Below are positions 11,027 to 22,300 of a stretch of 64,000 nt of DNA, one piece after another. A model generated the notes under the pieces. That model was not told the DNA's origin, ran no database searches, and saw only the letters and a program-made list of their open reading frames with translations. Location: assembly GCA_025351765.1 (NCBI GenBank), contig JANXVH010000170.1:65993-129992 (forward strand), given 5' to 3'. The stretch is from Pedobacter sp. GTDB lineage: Bacteria > Bacteroidota > Bacteroidia > Sphingobacteriales > Sphingobacteriaceae. The stretch's first letter is position 1; each line of letters starts with the position of its first letter. Position numbers and translations under genes: made by a program.

Positions 11027-11475
11027 TAAATATTACTGTTAAAAATATTTTGTTAACAACTACCAAATAACTGTTAACTTAATGTCTAAACAAATAGAGC
11101 AAGTATTGTTGAATGTTTAAAGCTACTCTAAAATGATAATCTGACACAATTATTTAAGTTATTTTTAAGCAACTTTGTGGAGTTTATTAACTTTTAGTAC
11201 ACCACTTAAGAATGAACATATCTCTATTGATAAGTTTTAGTATCAAATAACATTACGTTGTAAATCAGTTAACATTCAAATAAAAAAACCACTTTAATTG
11301 TTGATAAGTTTAGAGTAAGTTAGATTATACCATTAAAATTTAATATTTACAAACAATACCAACACACTAATAAACAATAGAAATCTATTTATATTAAATA
11401 ATTATAAATTATTGATCTGTTGAAAGCACTTACCTTTACAAATGCCAAAGAGAACTTAAAGCAACAAACAGACGG
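11027..11475. other. Candidate chromosomal replication origin (oriC)
   Basis: Largest, very AT-rich spacer; DnaA-box-like TGTTGATAA (11299-11307), TATTGATAA (11225-11233), TGTTGAAAG (11418-11426); tandem degenerate boxes 11347-11364 followed by NAN triplets and an A/T-only tract; ~6 kb from parS pair. Confidence 0.6.
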
Positions 11476-12474
11476 ATGGAAATGGACACATTAAAAGAAT
11501 TAAGCAGGAAAGGATTTATTGATGAAAAAATTGATCCTACCCTTGATCTGTTTAATGAAATTGAAAAATTAAAAAAGGAAAAGAATGCAATTATACTTGC
11601 ACATTACTATCAAGAACCTGATATACAAGACATTGCTGATTATATTGGAGATAGTTTAGGACTTTCTCAAGAAGCAGCAAAAACAGAAGCAGAGGTAATA
11701 GTTTTTGCAGGTGTTCACTTCATGGCCGAAACAGCTAAGATTTTATCACCAAATAAAAAGGTTTTACTTCCGGATGTAAAGGCAGGCTGTTCTTTGGCGG
11801 ACAGTTGCCCCCCACATTTGTTTAGGAAATTTAAAGAAAAGTACCCTGACCATGTGGTGATTACTTATGTAAATTGTACTGCGGAATTGAAAGCGTTGAG
11901 TGATATTGTTTGCACTTCTACAAACGCAGTTCAGATAGTAGAAAGTTTGCCAAAAGACACAAAAATAATTTTTGGTCCAGATAAGAATCTGGGCGCCTGG
12001 GTAGCAAAAAAGACTGGTAGAGATCTTGTCTTATGGAATGGAGCATGCATGGTACATGAGATATTTTCTAGAGAAAAGATCACTAAATTAAAAGAGCGCC
12101 ATCCAAAAGCTAAGTTTATTGCCCATCCGGAATGTGAAGAAGCAGTTTTGAGCATGGCAGATTATATAGGCTCCACAACTGGGTTGTTAAAATATACCAC
12201 GAATAATGAAGCCAAGGAATTCATTGTTGCTACCGAGAGTGGGATAATTCATCAAATGGAGAAAGCCAATCCGGATAAAACATTTATACCGGCACCGCCT
12301 AATAATAACTGTGCATGTAATGATTGCCCTTATATGAAAAGAAATACACTTGAGAAGCTTTATTTGTGTCTTAAGAATGGTACGCCGGAAGTTACAGTAC
12401 CTGAGCATATTATTGCAGCAGCAAGAAAACCAATAGAAAGAATGCTGGAAATATCAGCACAATTAGGATTATAA
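11476..12474 (+). CDS. nadA: quinolinate synthase
   Basis: [39 protein letters not shown]. Confidence 0.97.
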   Translation: MEMDTLKELSRKGFIDEKIDPTLDLFNEIEKLKKEKNAIILAHYYQEPDIQDIADYIGDSLGLSQEAAKTEAEVIVFAGVHFMAETAKILSPNKKVLLPDVKAGCSLADSCPPHLFRKFKEKYPDHVVITYVNCTAELKALSDIVCTSTNAVQIVESLPKDTKIIFGPDKNLGAWVAKKTGRDLVLWNGACMVHEIFSREKITKLKERHPKAKFIAHPECEEAVLSMADYIGSTTGLLKYTTNNEAKEFIVATESGIIHQMEKANPDKTFIPAPPNNNCACNDCPYMKRNTLEKLYLCLKNGTPEVTVPEHIIAAARKPIERMLEISAQLGL

Positions 12475-13508
12475 TGTTTGAAAATAAAGAAACTACGGAT
12501 ATAGCAGAGTTGGGTGAATTTGGTTTAATCAAACACCTTACTACAAATTTTAAAATTAAACACGAAAGTAGCATAAAAGGAATTGGAGATGATGCAGCTG
12601 TACTGAGTTTTGAGGACAAGCAGGTACTAATTTCAACAGATCTTTTACTGGAAGGAATACACTTCGACCTATCATACGTACCCCTTATGCATTTGGGCTA
12701 TAAAGCAGTACAAGTCAATCTAAGCGATATTTATGCAATGAATGGCATAGCTACTCAGATCACTGTTAGTATAGGCTTATCTAGCAAATTTCCGTTAGAG
12801 GCTGTAGAAGAAATTTATAAAGGAATTGAACTGGCTTGCAATAAATTTAATATTGATTTGATTGGTGGTGATACTTCTACCAGTAAGCAGGGATTGGTAA
12901 TTAGTGTAACTAGCATTGGTTTTGCAGAAAAGAAAGATGTGACTTATAGAAATGGTGCTGGAGAGGGTGATCTATTGTGCGTTTCCGGTGATTTGGGAGG
13001 GGCTTATGTTGGATTACAAATATTAGAAAGAGAGAAATTGGTCTATCTGGAAAACCCAAATATCCAGCCAGACCTTGAAGGAAAAGACTATATTATTGAA
13101 AGACAGTTAAAACCTGAAGGAAGACGTGATATTGTTGACCTTTTAGCGCAAATGAATATAAAGCCAACCTCAATGATAGATGTGTCTGACGGATTAGCTT
13201 CAGAGATACTACATATCTGTGAACAATCGGATAAAGGTTGTAATCTTTATGAAGAGAAAATTCCAATTGACCCGGTTACTTATGAAACTGCAAGAGAATT
13301 AGGATTAGATCCAACCATTTGTGCATTAAGTGGAGGAGAAGATTATGAGTTACTGTTTACGATTAAGCAAAGTGATTATACCAAGCTAAAAAATGATGTA
13401 GATATCAGTATCATCGGACATATCACTGAGAAAAATTCAGGTTGTAAAATGATATCTAAATCCAATGTGGTACATGATATTAAAGCCCAGGGCTGGAAGG
13501 CATTTTAG
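12474..13508 (+). CDS. thiL: thiamine-monophosphate kinase
   Basis: GEFGLI, GIGDDAA, NLSDIYAM, GGDT, DVSDGL, GGEDYELLF. Confidence 0.96.
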   Translation: MFENKETTDIAELGEFGLIKHLTTNFKIKHESSIKGIGDDAAVLSFEDKQVLISTDLLLEGIHFDLSYVPLMHLGYKAVQVNLSDIYAMNGIATQITVSIGLSSKFPLEAVEEIYKGIELACNKFNIDLIGGDTSTSKQGLVISVTSIGFAEKKDVTYRNGAGEGDLLCVSGDLGGAYVGLQILEREKLVYLENPNIQPDLEGKDYIIERQLKPEGRRDIVDLLAQMNIKPTSMIDVSDGLASEILHICEQSDKGCNLYEEKIPIDPVTYETARELGLDPTICALSGGEDYELLFTIKQSDYTKLKNDVDISIIGHITEKNSGCKMISKSNVVHDIKAQGWKAF

Positions 13509-14731
13509 TCTAAAAATTTGGTGTCAATTTGCTTGGTAGCTCTGGCACCTAATTTTTTAATCTTTTCTGAAGTACTAGCCAGATTACCAGATCCTTTACT
13601 TAGTTTGTTTATGGCTTTATCATAAGCATCCTGACTAAGTTTCATGTTTTTTCCTATTCCGTCCATATCAACTAAAAAGCCTACAAACTTATCGTACATA
13701 CTTCCGCTTAAACGGGCAATTTCCAAAACATTTCTATTTTGTCTTTCCTGTTTCCATATACTAGAAATAGTTCTCAACGTAGCTAAAAGCGTTGAAGGAC
13801 TTACAATAACTACTTTCCTATCCCATGCATAATTAAAAAGTTCAGCATCTTGTTGAACGGCGATGCCAAAGGAAGATTCTATAGAGATGAAAAGTAATAC
13901 AAAATCTGGCGAGTTGATTTTATATAGATCATGATAATTCTTATTGGACAAGCCTTGTATATGTGTCTTAATAGAAAGAATATGCTGCTTTAAATAGTTT
14001 TCTTTTTGATCATCAAGCTCTGCATTGAGCATGCGTTCGTAGGCAACAAGAGAAACTTTCGCATCAATGATTACATGTTTATCATCGGGTAAGTCTAAAA
14101 TAACATCGGGCTGAAGCCGGTTTCCATCCTGATGATTAAGACTGGTTTGAATCCTATATTCCCTATCACGCACCAGGCCAGAACGTTCCAGTATTTTTTC
14201 TAATATAATTTCGCCCCAATTGCCTTGTTTTTTACTGTCTCCTTTCAGCGCCCTAGTCAAATTTCCAGCCTCTTCGCTAATCAGTTTGCTCTGATCCATT
14301 AACTGACTGATTACGCCTTTAAGAATATTTCGCTCATCTGATTCTGACTTATATACCTTTTCTACCTTTTCTTCAAAAGCTTTAATATTTTCCTTTAACG
14401 GATTTAATATACTATCAAGATTAGTTCTGTTTGTTTCTGTAAACTTTGCAGTTTTTGCGTCTAGTACCCTATTGGCTATATGCTCAAACTCCAATTTAAA
14501 ACGGTTTTGGAGGTCATTTATATATTTTTCTTGTTGTATTTGCCTTTCAGATTGTGATAAAAACTGCTGCTCAGCTTTAATCACTTTATCACGCTCATTC
14601 ATGTAGTTTAAACGAAGCTCTATTACTTCTTCTTGAAGAATCTTTTTTTCTTTGTTAACGGAATCCAATAATCTATAAATAAATACGAATACTAAGATTA
14701 TGATCAATAGGCTTATAACAATAACTTCCAT
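13505..14731 (-). CDS. rmuC: DNA recombination protein RmuC (start moved to MEVIV at 14731)
   Basis: N-terminal TM, coiled coil, KKQGNWGE, PDVILDLP, IDAKVSL, VSPSTLLATL. Confidence 0.92.
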   Translation of the reverse strand: MEVIVISLLIIILVFVFIYRLLDSVNKEKKILQEEVIELRLNYMNERDKVIKAEQQFLSQSERQIQQEKYINDLQNRFKLEFEHIANRVLDAKTAKFTETNRTNLDSILNPLKENIKAFEEKVEKVYKSESDERNILKGVISQLMDQSKLISEEAGNLTRALKGDSKKQGNWGEIILEKILERSGLVRDREYRIQTSLNHQDGNRLQPDVILDLPDDKHVIIDAKVSLVAYERMLNAELDDQKENYLKQHILSIKTHIQGLSNKNYHDLYKINSPDFVLLFISIESSFGIAVQQDAELFNYAWDRKVVIVSPSTLLATLRTISSIWKQERQNRNVLEIARLSGSMYDKFVGFLVDMDGIGKNMKLSQDAYDKAINKLSKGSGNLASTSEKIKKLGARATKQIDTKFLD

Positions 14732-14847
14732 ACTAATATTTTTAACAAAAATCGACAATAAATTATTAATTGTCAAGCGTAATTGTATGGGTGTTTTTAT
14801 CATTTCAATTGTAATAATTCCAAGTATTTTTATGGTGTATGATAAAA

Positions 14848-14863
14848 GGGAACGCTTTTTGAG
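14848..14863 (+). promoter_or_regulatory. Candidate sigma54-type -24/-12 element (GG-N10-GA)
   Basis: GGGAACGCTTTTTGAG aligns with TGGCACG-N4-TTGC; 32 nt upstream of the ATG. Confidence 0.35.
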
Positions 14864-14895
14864 TTAATAAAGCTGGAAAACATACACTTACGATA

Positions 14896-15591
14896 ATGGG
14901 AATTTATTTAATTTTAGTAATTCCGGTTCTAATATTAAGCATGTTTGTGCAATGGCGATTTAGAAGTAAATTTTCCAAGTATGCAGAAATGCAATTGGGC
15001 TCGGGATTTTCAGGAAAGGAAGTTGCAGAAAAGATGCGGCATGATTACGGGATATTTGATGTGAAAGTTATGAGTACAGAAGGGCAGCTTTCTGATCATT
15101 ATAATCCAGAAGAAAAGACGATTAACTTAAGCACTGATGTATATTATGGCCGAAGTGTAGCCGCTGCCGCTGTAGCGGCTCATGAATGTGGACATGCCGT
15201 ACAACAGACTAAATCTTACAGCTGGTTAAATTTGCGTACCAGCATGGTTCCTTTGGTTAGCCTAACATCTAATTTACTACAATGGGTACTTATTATAGGC
15301 GTGCTGTTGATTGCTTTTACGTTTAACCCTTTTGTGCTGACTATTGGTGTTGCCGGATTGGCCCTAATTACATTGTTTAGTATCATTACGTTACCTGTTG
15401 AATTTGACGCCAGTAGAAGGGCGTTGATCTGGCTAAAAAATAACAGTGTAGTTTTATATACCGATGAAGAGCATTCGCAAGCTAAGGATGCGCTTTGGTG
15501 GGCTGCCATGACCTATGTTGTTTCCACATTCGGAGCGATGACTAATCTGGTTTATTATATATCTATATTATTCGGTAGGAATAGGGATTAA
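14896..15591 (+). CDS. membrane zinc metallopeptidase (YugP / Zn_peptidase_2 family)
   Basis: GQLSDHYNP, AAHECGHAVQ (HEXXH), TLPVEFDASRRA, AAMTYV. Confidence 0.9.
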   Translation: MGIYLILVIPVLILSMFVQWRFRSKFSKYAEMQLGSGFSGKEVAEKMRHDYGIFDVKVMSTEGQLSDHYNPEEKTINLSTDVYYGRSVAAAAVAAHECGHAVQQTKSYSWLNLRTSMVPLVSLTSNLLQWVLIIGVLLIAFTFNPFVLTIGVAGLALITLFSIITLPVEFDASRRALIWLKNNSVVLYTDEEHSQAKDALWWAAMTYVVSTFGAMTNLVYYISILFGRNRD

Positions 15592-15974
15592 TTTAAACGG
15601 TACGGAACGATTAACTCAAATTCGGGAATATCAACGGTAAAGGAATTATGGTCTACCAATCGATACATTAAATAATTTCCGCTCATGTTTCCTATTTCTG
15701 TAGACAGTTGGCAGCCAGATACGTAAGAATGGTTTTCTCCGGGTTCTATTACGGGTTGTAAACCAACTACTCCCTCTCCTTCTACCTCACGCTGCGTACC
15801 GCTAGAATCAAAGATAAACCATTGTCGTCTTTTAAGCTGGATGGCATAATCTGATAGATTTTCGATTGTAATTCGGTAAGCAAACATAAAATAATCGTTT
15901 GCTGGGTTAGACTGATCTTCCTGATAACTTGTTTCTACAGAAATCTTTACTCCCTGGGTTATAGCTGTAACCAT
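15588..15974 (-). CDS. apaG: ApaG domain protein
   Basis: FAYRITIEN, EVEGEGVVGLQPVI, YVSGC. Confidence 0.95.
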   Translation of the reverse strand: MVTAITQGVKISVETSYQEDQSNPANDYFMFAYRITIENLSDYAIQLKRRQWFIFDSSGTQREVEGEGVVGLQPVIEPGENHSYVSGCQLSTEIGNMSGNYLMYRLVDHNSFTVDIPEFELIVPYRLN

Positions 15975-16957
15975 AGTTCTTGATATTTATCTGCTATTTC
16001 GTCCAATATACTATGAATTGTTACAATATTCTCTTCTTTAACCAATTGCATCCTGTAATTTTTAAAATCAGGGATTCCTTTAAAGTAATTGGCATAGTGG
16101 CGTCTCATTTCAAATATTCCAACCCTTGGCCCTTTCCAATCTATTGATCTTTCAAAATGGGTTCTGCAAACCGAGACACGTTCTGCGATGGTTGGACCAG
16201 GTAGTATCTTACCTGTTTTAAAGAAGTGTTTAATTTCTCTAAAAATCCAGGGGTAGCCTATAGCCGCCCTGCCAATCATGATTCCGTCTACTTCAAATTC
16301 CAGTCTCCAATCTGCAGCTTTCTGTATACTGGTTACATCGCCGTTTCCAAAAATCGGAATTTTGATCCTGGGATTGCGCTTAATTTCTCTAATTAATGTC
16401 CAATCTGCTTCACCTTTATAAAGCTGGGCCCGCGTGCGGCCATGTATGGTGAGTGCCTGAATTCCAATATCCTGAAGCCTTTCCGCAACCTCTTCAATGT
16501 TTTTGGTCGTATCATCCCATCCCAGCCTGGTCTTAACAGTAACAGGGAGATGGGTGGCCTTAACAACGGCTTCAGTCATTTTAACCATTTTATCAATGTC
16601 CTGCAACAGGGCAGAACCAGCACCGCGGCAAGCTACTTGTTTTACCGGGCAACCATAATTGATGTCCATTAAGTCGGGGCCAGCGGCTGTAGCTATTTCT
16701 GTAGCTTCGCGCATGTGATCAATCTCACTACCAAAAATCTGTATCCCTATGGGACGCTCATATTCAAAAATGTCTAGCTTAGCCCTGCTCTTTGCCGCGT
16801 CCCTGATTAGCCCTTCAGAAGAAATAAATTCGGTATACATCATATCTACCCCATTTTGCTTGCACACGAAACGGAAAGGCGGATCGCTCACGTCTTCCAT
16901 CGGAGCGAGTAATAAAGGGAACTCTCCAAGATCAATATTTCCTATCTTTACAGACAT
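15959..16957 (-). CDS. dusB: tRNA-dihydrouridine synthase B
   Basis: LAPMED, DINYGCP, VTVKTRLGW, IHGRT, GNGD, MIGRAA. Confidence 0.95.
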   Translation of the reverse strand: MSVKIGNIDLGEFPLLLAPMEDVSDPPFRFVCKQNGVDMMYTEFISSEGLIRDAAKSRAKLDIFEYERPIGIQIFGSEIDHMREATEIATAAGPDLMDINYGCPVKQVACRGAGSALLQDIDKMVKMTEAVVKATHLPVTVKTRLGWDDTTKNIEEVAERLQDIGIQALTIHGRTRAQLYKGEADWTLIREIKRNPRIKIPIFGNGDVTSIQKAADWRLEFEVDGIMIGRAAIGYPWIFREIKHFFKTGKILPGPTIAERVSVCRTHFERSIDWKGPRVGIFEMRRHYANYFKGIPDFKNYRMQLVKEENIVTIHSILDEIADKYQELWLQL

Positions 16958-17010
16958 TTTTCTATCTTCAAACCAAATTTCAAGCTACAAATGTACAAAC
17001 TTTACAAATA

Positions 17011-17952
17011 ATGAATTCCATACAAAAGTCAAGACAAGAGAATAGCCCCTATATACATCTTTTAATGCTAGTGGCTTACGCCATATTGGGTATGATTGTA
17101 TGCATTGTATTTGCTTTTGGGGTTCTTTTTGCGAAGTACGGAATGGAGCTGTTTAGAAATCCACTGATATTAACCGGTGGAGATATCAAGTATAGACCCG
17201 CCTTGCAAATATTGTTGTTTGCACAATCGATAGGACTATTTTTAATTCCCCCCTTTCTGCTTTCGCTAACAGAGGGACAGCGGCTAAATGAATTTTATGG
17301 ATTAAAAAAACCTAAATTTATCCTTTGGGGACTAGTAATTCTCATCATGCTATTCAGTATGCCGGTAATGGAATGGACTTCTCTCATTAATCTAAAGATG
17401 AGTTTGCCGGGATTTCTAAGCGGATTGGAAAATTGGATGAAACAAAGTGAAGAATCCCTCAAGCAAACCACCCTACTCCTGCTTAAAATGGACGGGTTAA
17501 AAGATTTTCTGATCAATATATTTTTAATTGCGCTCGTTGCTGCAGTATCGGAAGAATTTATGTTTAGAGGAGCCGTTCAACGCACGCTACTGAGAATGTT
17601 TAAAAACGCCCATATTGCAATTTGGGCTTCGGCGTTTATTTTCAGTGCCATACACCTGCAGTTCTATGGCTTTCTGCCTAGATTTTTACTGGGCGCCGGA
17701 TTTGGTTATCTATATTTGTGGAGTGGAAGCTTGTGGTGTAGCATTCTGGCGCATTTTCTAAACAATGCAATTGCCGTCTGTCAGGCCTATTACATGCAAA
17801 AACATAATATGCCATTAGATGATGTGGATAACACAGCACATTTCCAGTGGTATGGTTACCTTATTAGTTTTATTATAACGATTGCTTTATTTCAAATGTT
17901 TAAAAAGCAATGTAAGCCGACTTTAAAACAACCTATTACTACCCTTTTATAA
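17011..17952 (+). CDS. CPBP (CAAX/Abi) family intramembrane metalloprotease
   Basis: EEFMFRG, FSAIH, HFLNN motifs; multiple TM segments. Confidence 0.9.
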   Translation: MNSIQKSRQENSPYIHLLMLVAYAILGMIVCIVFAFGVLFAKYGMELFRNPLILTGGDIKYRPALQILLFAQSIGLFLIPPFLLSLTEGQRLNEFYGLKKPKFILWGLVILIMLFSMPVMEWTSLINLKMSLPGFLSGLENWMKQSEESLKQTTLLLLKMDGLKDFLINIFLIALVAAVSEEFMFRGAVQRTLLRMFKNAHIAIWASAFIFSAIHLQFYGFLPRFLLGAGFGYLYLWSGSLWCSILAHFLNNAIAVCQAYYMQKHNMPLDDVDNTAHFQWYGYLISFIITIALFQMFKKQCKPTLKQPITTLL

Positions 17953-17976
17953 TACCAAGAAGCTTAAATAAATCAG

Positions 17977-18783
17977 ATGAAAACACGCACTATAACTGCA
18001 TTTTTTTTTACTATTGTAATGCTTGGCTCCATCTTTTTGGGGAGTTATACTTATACCGTTTTTTATCTCATTTTAAGTTTAGCTACCCTTTATGAGTTTT
18101 TTAGCCTAATAAAAACTGCCGGCATCAGACCACACAGAAATATAGCCCTTGCTGCTGCATCTTTAATCTTTTTGATAACAGCCGGCCTCCATTACTTGCA
18201 ATTTGAAACCAAGTATCTCTTGTTACTCGTTCCCTTAATATTTTCAGTGTTTATTAGTGAATTGTATAAGAAAGAGAAAATCCCTTTTGCTAATATATCT
18301 TACACTTTTGTGGGGTTTATTTATGTAACAGCGCCATTTTGTTTCTTTTATTCTTTGGGGTTCATGGTAAACGAGACTTATAATTTTCATTTGCCACTCT
18401 CCTTTTTGTTAATGTTATGGGCTAATGATACCGGCGCCTACCTTTTTGGCTCAAAGTGGGGTAACACCCGATTATTTGAACGCCATTCACCAAAGAAATC
18501 ATGGGAGGGTTTTTTTGGCGGCATGTTAACCAGTGTATTTGTATCCTACATCCTCTCCTGTTTCTTTAAAGACATGGTGCCATTGCTATGGGCCGGAATG
18601 GCAATATTGATTGCTTCTTTTGGTACCCTTGGGGATCTGGTAGAGTCTATGTTAAAGCGGAGTTTGAATGCTAAAGACTCCGGGAATATCTTGCCTGGGC
18701 ATGGTGGGTTTTTGGATCGGTTTGATGGATTGCTACTTGCCGCGCCAGTGGTATACGCTTATATTTACCTCATTTTAAATTAG
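17977..18783 (+). CDS. cdsA: phosphatidate cytidylyltransferase
   Basis: DTGAY, SPKKSWEG, GDLVESMLKR, KDSGNILPGHGGFLDRFD. Confidence 0.95.
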   Translation: MKTRTITAFFFTIVMLGSIFLGSYTYTVFYLILSLATLYEFFSLIKTAGIRPHRNIALAAASLIFLITAGLHYLQFETKYLLLLVPLIFSVFISELYKKEKIPFANISYTFVGFIYVTAPFCFFYSLGFMVNETYNFHLPLSFLLMLWANDTGAYLFGSKWGNTRLFERHSPKKSWEGFFGGMLTSVFVSYILSCFFKDMVPLLWAGMAILIASFGTLGDLVESMLKRSLNAKDSGNILPGHGGFLDRFDGLLLAAPVVYAYIYLILN

Positions 18784-18807
18784 CTTCTTTAAGTCGCAGG
18801 ATTCATT

Positions 18808-19044
18808 CTATGCAACTTTTACCGTAAGGCGATTTCCTTTATATTGAAGCCCGTCCACAAGCTCAATGGCTTTTTCTGCCTCAGTTTCGCTTTCCATTTC
18901 AAGAAAAGCATAGCCTTTGCATTTTTTTGTGATTCGATCACGGACAACTTTTATAGTCCTTACGGATGCGTAGGCACTTACAAAGCCTACTAGCTCTAAT
19001 TCGGATATTTCGGAGCTTAAGCCGCCGACAAAAATTTTACTCAT
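18808..19044 (-). CDS. RRM-domain RNA-binding protein
   Basis: RNP2 KIFVGGL and RNP1 KGYAFLEM. Confidence 0.9.
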   Translation of the reverse strand: MSKIFVGGLSSEISELELVGFVSAYASVRTIKVVRDRITKKCKGYAFLEMESETEAEKAIELVDGLQYKGNRLTVKVA

Positions 19045-19115
19045 TTGGTGGGGAGAAGATATTAACCTGCATAATAACGGCTACTTTGTGAAAATATTGT
19101 ATTGCTACGCTTAAA

Positions 19116-19322
19116 CTATCTTAGCGGTTTTAAAAGGTATTCAAGGCCGTTTAATTTGATCTCATAGAGTGTAGCGATCATTTCTCCCAGCTTGCCTGGC
19201 GGAAAGCCTTCCTGATGGAACCATACCAGGTAAGGTTCTGGTAAATCGCACATTATACGCCCTTTATATTTACCAAATGGCATTTTAAGAGTAACAAGAT
19301 CTGTCAGGATATTAGGATTCAT
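19116..19322 (-). CDS. DUF3820 family protein
   Basis: MPFGKYKG..DLPEPYLVWF..GFPPGKLG..EIKLNGL. Confidence 0.85.
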   Translation of the reverse strand: MNPNILTDLVTLKMPFGKYKGRIMCDLPEPYLVWFHQEGFPPGKLGEMIATLYEIKLNGLEYLLKPLR

Positions 19323-19327
19323 GATTT

Positions 19328-22300
19328 TTATTTTATAACTAGCTGTAGCATTTCAACAGCCTCATCTACTGACTTCAGGTTATCAAACGCAATCCTTAGG
19401 CTGTCTTTAACTTCTTTCAAATTGCAAATGCGGGGGTGAATTTGAGCAAATAGTAAGATTTTATTGAACATGTTTGAATCAAAGAATGGCGATTGCTTAT
19501 TTGTTATAAAGTAACCCCTAAGCACTCCTTTTTTAAAGCTAAGCTTTTCAAAAGCCAATTGTTTAGCTACCCATTGCAAACGCAGCACATTAAGCATAGT
19601 TTTAATTGGAGTTGGCACTGGTCCAAAGCGGTCTTTTAAACTAAGCTCAAAAGCACTTAACTGGGTTTCGTTCTCTATTTTTGAAACTTCTGTGTAAAGG
19701 TTATACCGTTCTGTAATGTTGGTTACATAGTCGTCCGGGATATACAACTCAAGATCGGTATCTACCTGAGTAAAGGCTACAAACGGGCGCTCTTTTTCGT
19801 CTTTAAATAGTTCTTTAAACTCGTCTGACTTTAGTTCCTGGATGGCCTCATCTAAAATCTTATGATACATTTCGAAACCTATTTCTGCAATAAAACCGCT
19901 TTGCTCTGCTCCCAGTAAGTTACCGCTGCCGCGGATGTCTAAATCTCTCATGGCAATGTTAAACCCACTACCAAGGTCTGAAAACTCTTCAATAGCACTT
20001 AAGCGCTTTCTGGCTTCCGATGTGAGCGTAGATAATGGCGGACTAAGGAGGTAACAGAAAGCTTTTTTGTTGGAACGGCCTACCCTTCCTCTCATTTGAT
20101 GCAAATCACTCAGCCCAAACATGTGTGCATGATTAATTATAATAGTGTTTGCGTTTGGAATGTCTAAGCCCGCCTCGATAATGGTAGTGGCTACTAAAAC
20201 GTCTTTTTCGCCGTTGATGAAGGCCAGCATAACATCTTCCAATTGGTCGCCGTCAAGCTGTCCGTGTGCAATACCGATCCTAGCCTTTGGCACTAATGTT
20301 TGAATTAATCCACCCAGTTGAGGAAGGTCATTTACCCGGTTATGAATAAAGAAGACCTGACCCCCTCTATCAAGTTCAAATTTGACGGATTCCTGTATTA
20401 ATTTATCATTGAAAACGTGTAATTCGGTATTAACGGCTTGCCTATTTGGCGGTGGGGTGCTCATAATAGAAAGATCCCGTGCGCCCATTAATGAAAAATG
20501 CAATGTCCGTGGAATAGGGGTGGCGGTTAAGGTTAGGGTATCTACATTTACCCGCAATGCCCGTAGTTTTTCTTTTGAGGTTACACCAAACTTTTGCTCT
20601 TCATCTATAATCATGATGCCAAGGTCTTTAAATTTAACATCCTTACTAAGCAGGCGGTGGGTACCTATGATGATGTCTACTGTACCTTCGGCTACTTTGC
20701 TCAGGGTTTCCTTGATTTGCTTGGCGGTTTTAAACCTGTTGATGTAATCTACTGTGCATGGGAAATCTTTGAGCCTACCTGTAAAAGTTTTAAAGTGCTG
20801 AAGCGCAAGAATCGTTGTAGGCACAAGAACCGCAGCCTGTTTACCGTTTGCTACAGCTTTGAATGCGGCACGGATAGCGATCTCTGTTTTACCAAAGCCC
20901 ACATCCCCACAAACAAGCCTGTCCATCGGGTGAGGCGCTTCCATGTCTTTTTTAACATCGCTTGTTGCTTTTACCTGGTCTGGGGTGTCTTCATAAATAA
21001 AGGATGCCTCGAGCTCTGTCTCCAGATACCCGTCTGGGTCAAATGCTGTTCCTACCTGAGCTTTGCGCAATGCGTAAAGCTTGATCAGATCCCGGGCAAT
21101 GTCTTTAACTTTTTTTTTTGTTGTTTTCTTGAGTTTATCCCAGGCTTCAGTACCTAGTTTATTCATTTTTGGTGGAGTTCCGTCTTTGCCGCTGTACTTG
21201 GCAATTCTATTTAACGAATTTATGTTGACATATAGCAGGTCATTATCCGCATATACAAGACGGATCATTTCCTGCGTTTTGCCATTAACCTCAACCTTTT
21301 CAAGGCCGGCATATTTGCCTATGCCGTGATCAATATGGGTTACAAAATCGCCGGGCTTTAAATCCCGAAGTTCTTTTAAGGTAATGGCTTGACTGCGCTG
21401 ATAACCCCTTTTAAGCTTGTACTTATAGAAACGGTCAAATATTTGATGGTCTGTATAGAAAGCAACATGTTGTTGGCGATCTAAAAAACCTTCCCTTAAA
21501 GGGATATTAATGGGGGTAAACTTGGCTGTTTTATCGATATCTTCCAGAATGGCGTAAAGTCGTTCTGTTTGCTTAGGGGAAGAGCTGAATATGAAATTGT
21601 GCGTTTTTTCTTTTTCGTTCTCTTTCAGGTTATGGATAAGCAGGCTGAAATCTTTATTGAATGAAGGTTGTGGCTTTGTATCAAATAGAAATATTCGGTC
21701 TGTTTGATAGAAGAACTGTTTTCCGAATTCGGTTACGACGAACTCCTGAAACATATCGGCCATCATTTTCTCGTCTGTAAAAGCAAATTTAGGATCTATC
21801 CAATCCTGATTTTCCTGTTTCTCTTTAGAAGGGAGGGCTTTCCATAGCTCAACGGCTTTTTTATAACCGGTTTTAACGATATCTAAAGTGAACTCTACAT
21901 CTTTGAACCAGAGTTGTGTGTCGTTATCAATATAATCGAGGATGCTGATGTTGTTTTCAGTAAGATACTTTGATTGAACATTGGGGATCACGACAAGCGT
22001 TTTTACCTCTTCTACAGAAAGCTGACTTTCGATTTCGAATGTACGGATGCTTTCAACGATATCTCCAAAGAACTCTACCCGGTAAGGAATATCATGGGAG
22101 AAAGAAAAGATATCAACAATACCCCCGCGTATGGAAAACTGTCCAGGCTCGTAAACAAAATCAGTACGGTTGAAATCATAGTCTATCAAGAACTCATTGA
22201 TAAAATCAATACTCAGCTTTGCATTGAGTTGAATTTCAAGCGTGTTTTTTTCAAGGACGGCACGGTCTATCACTTTCTCGGCAATTGCCTCAGGATAGGA

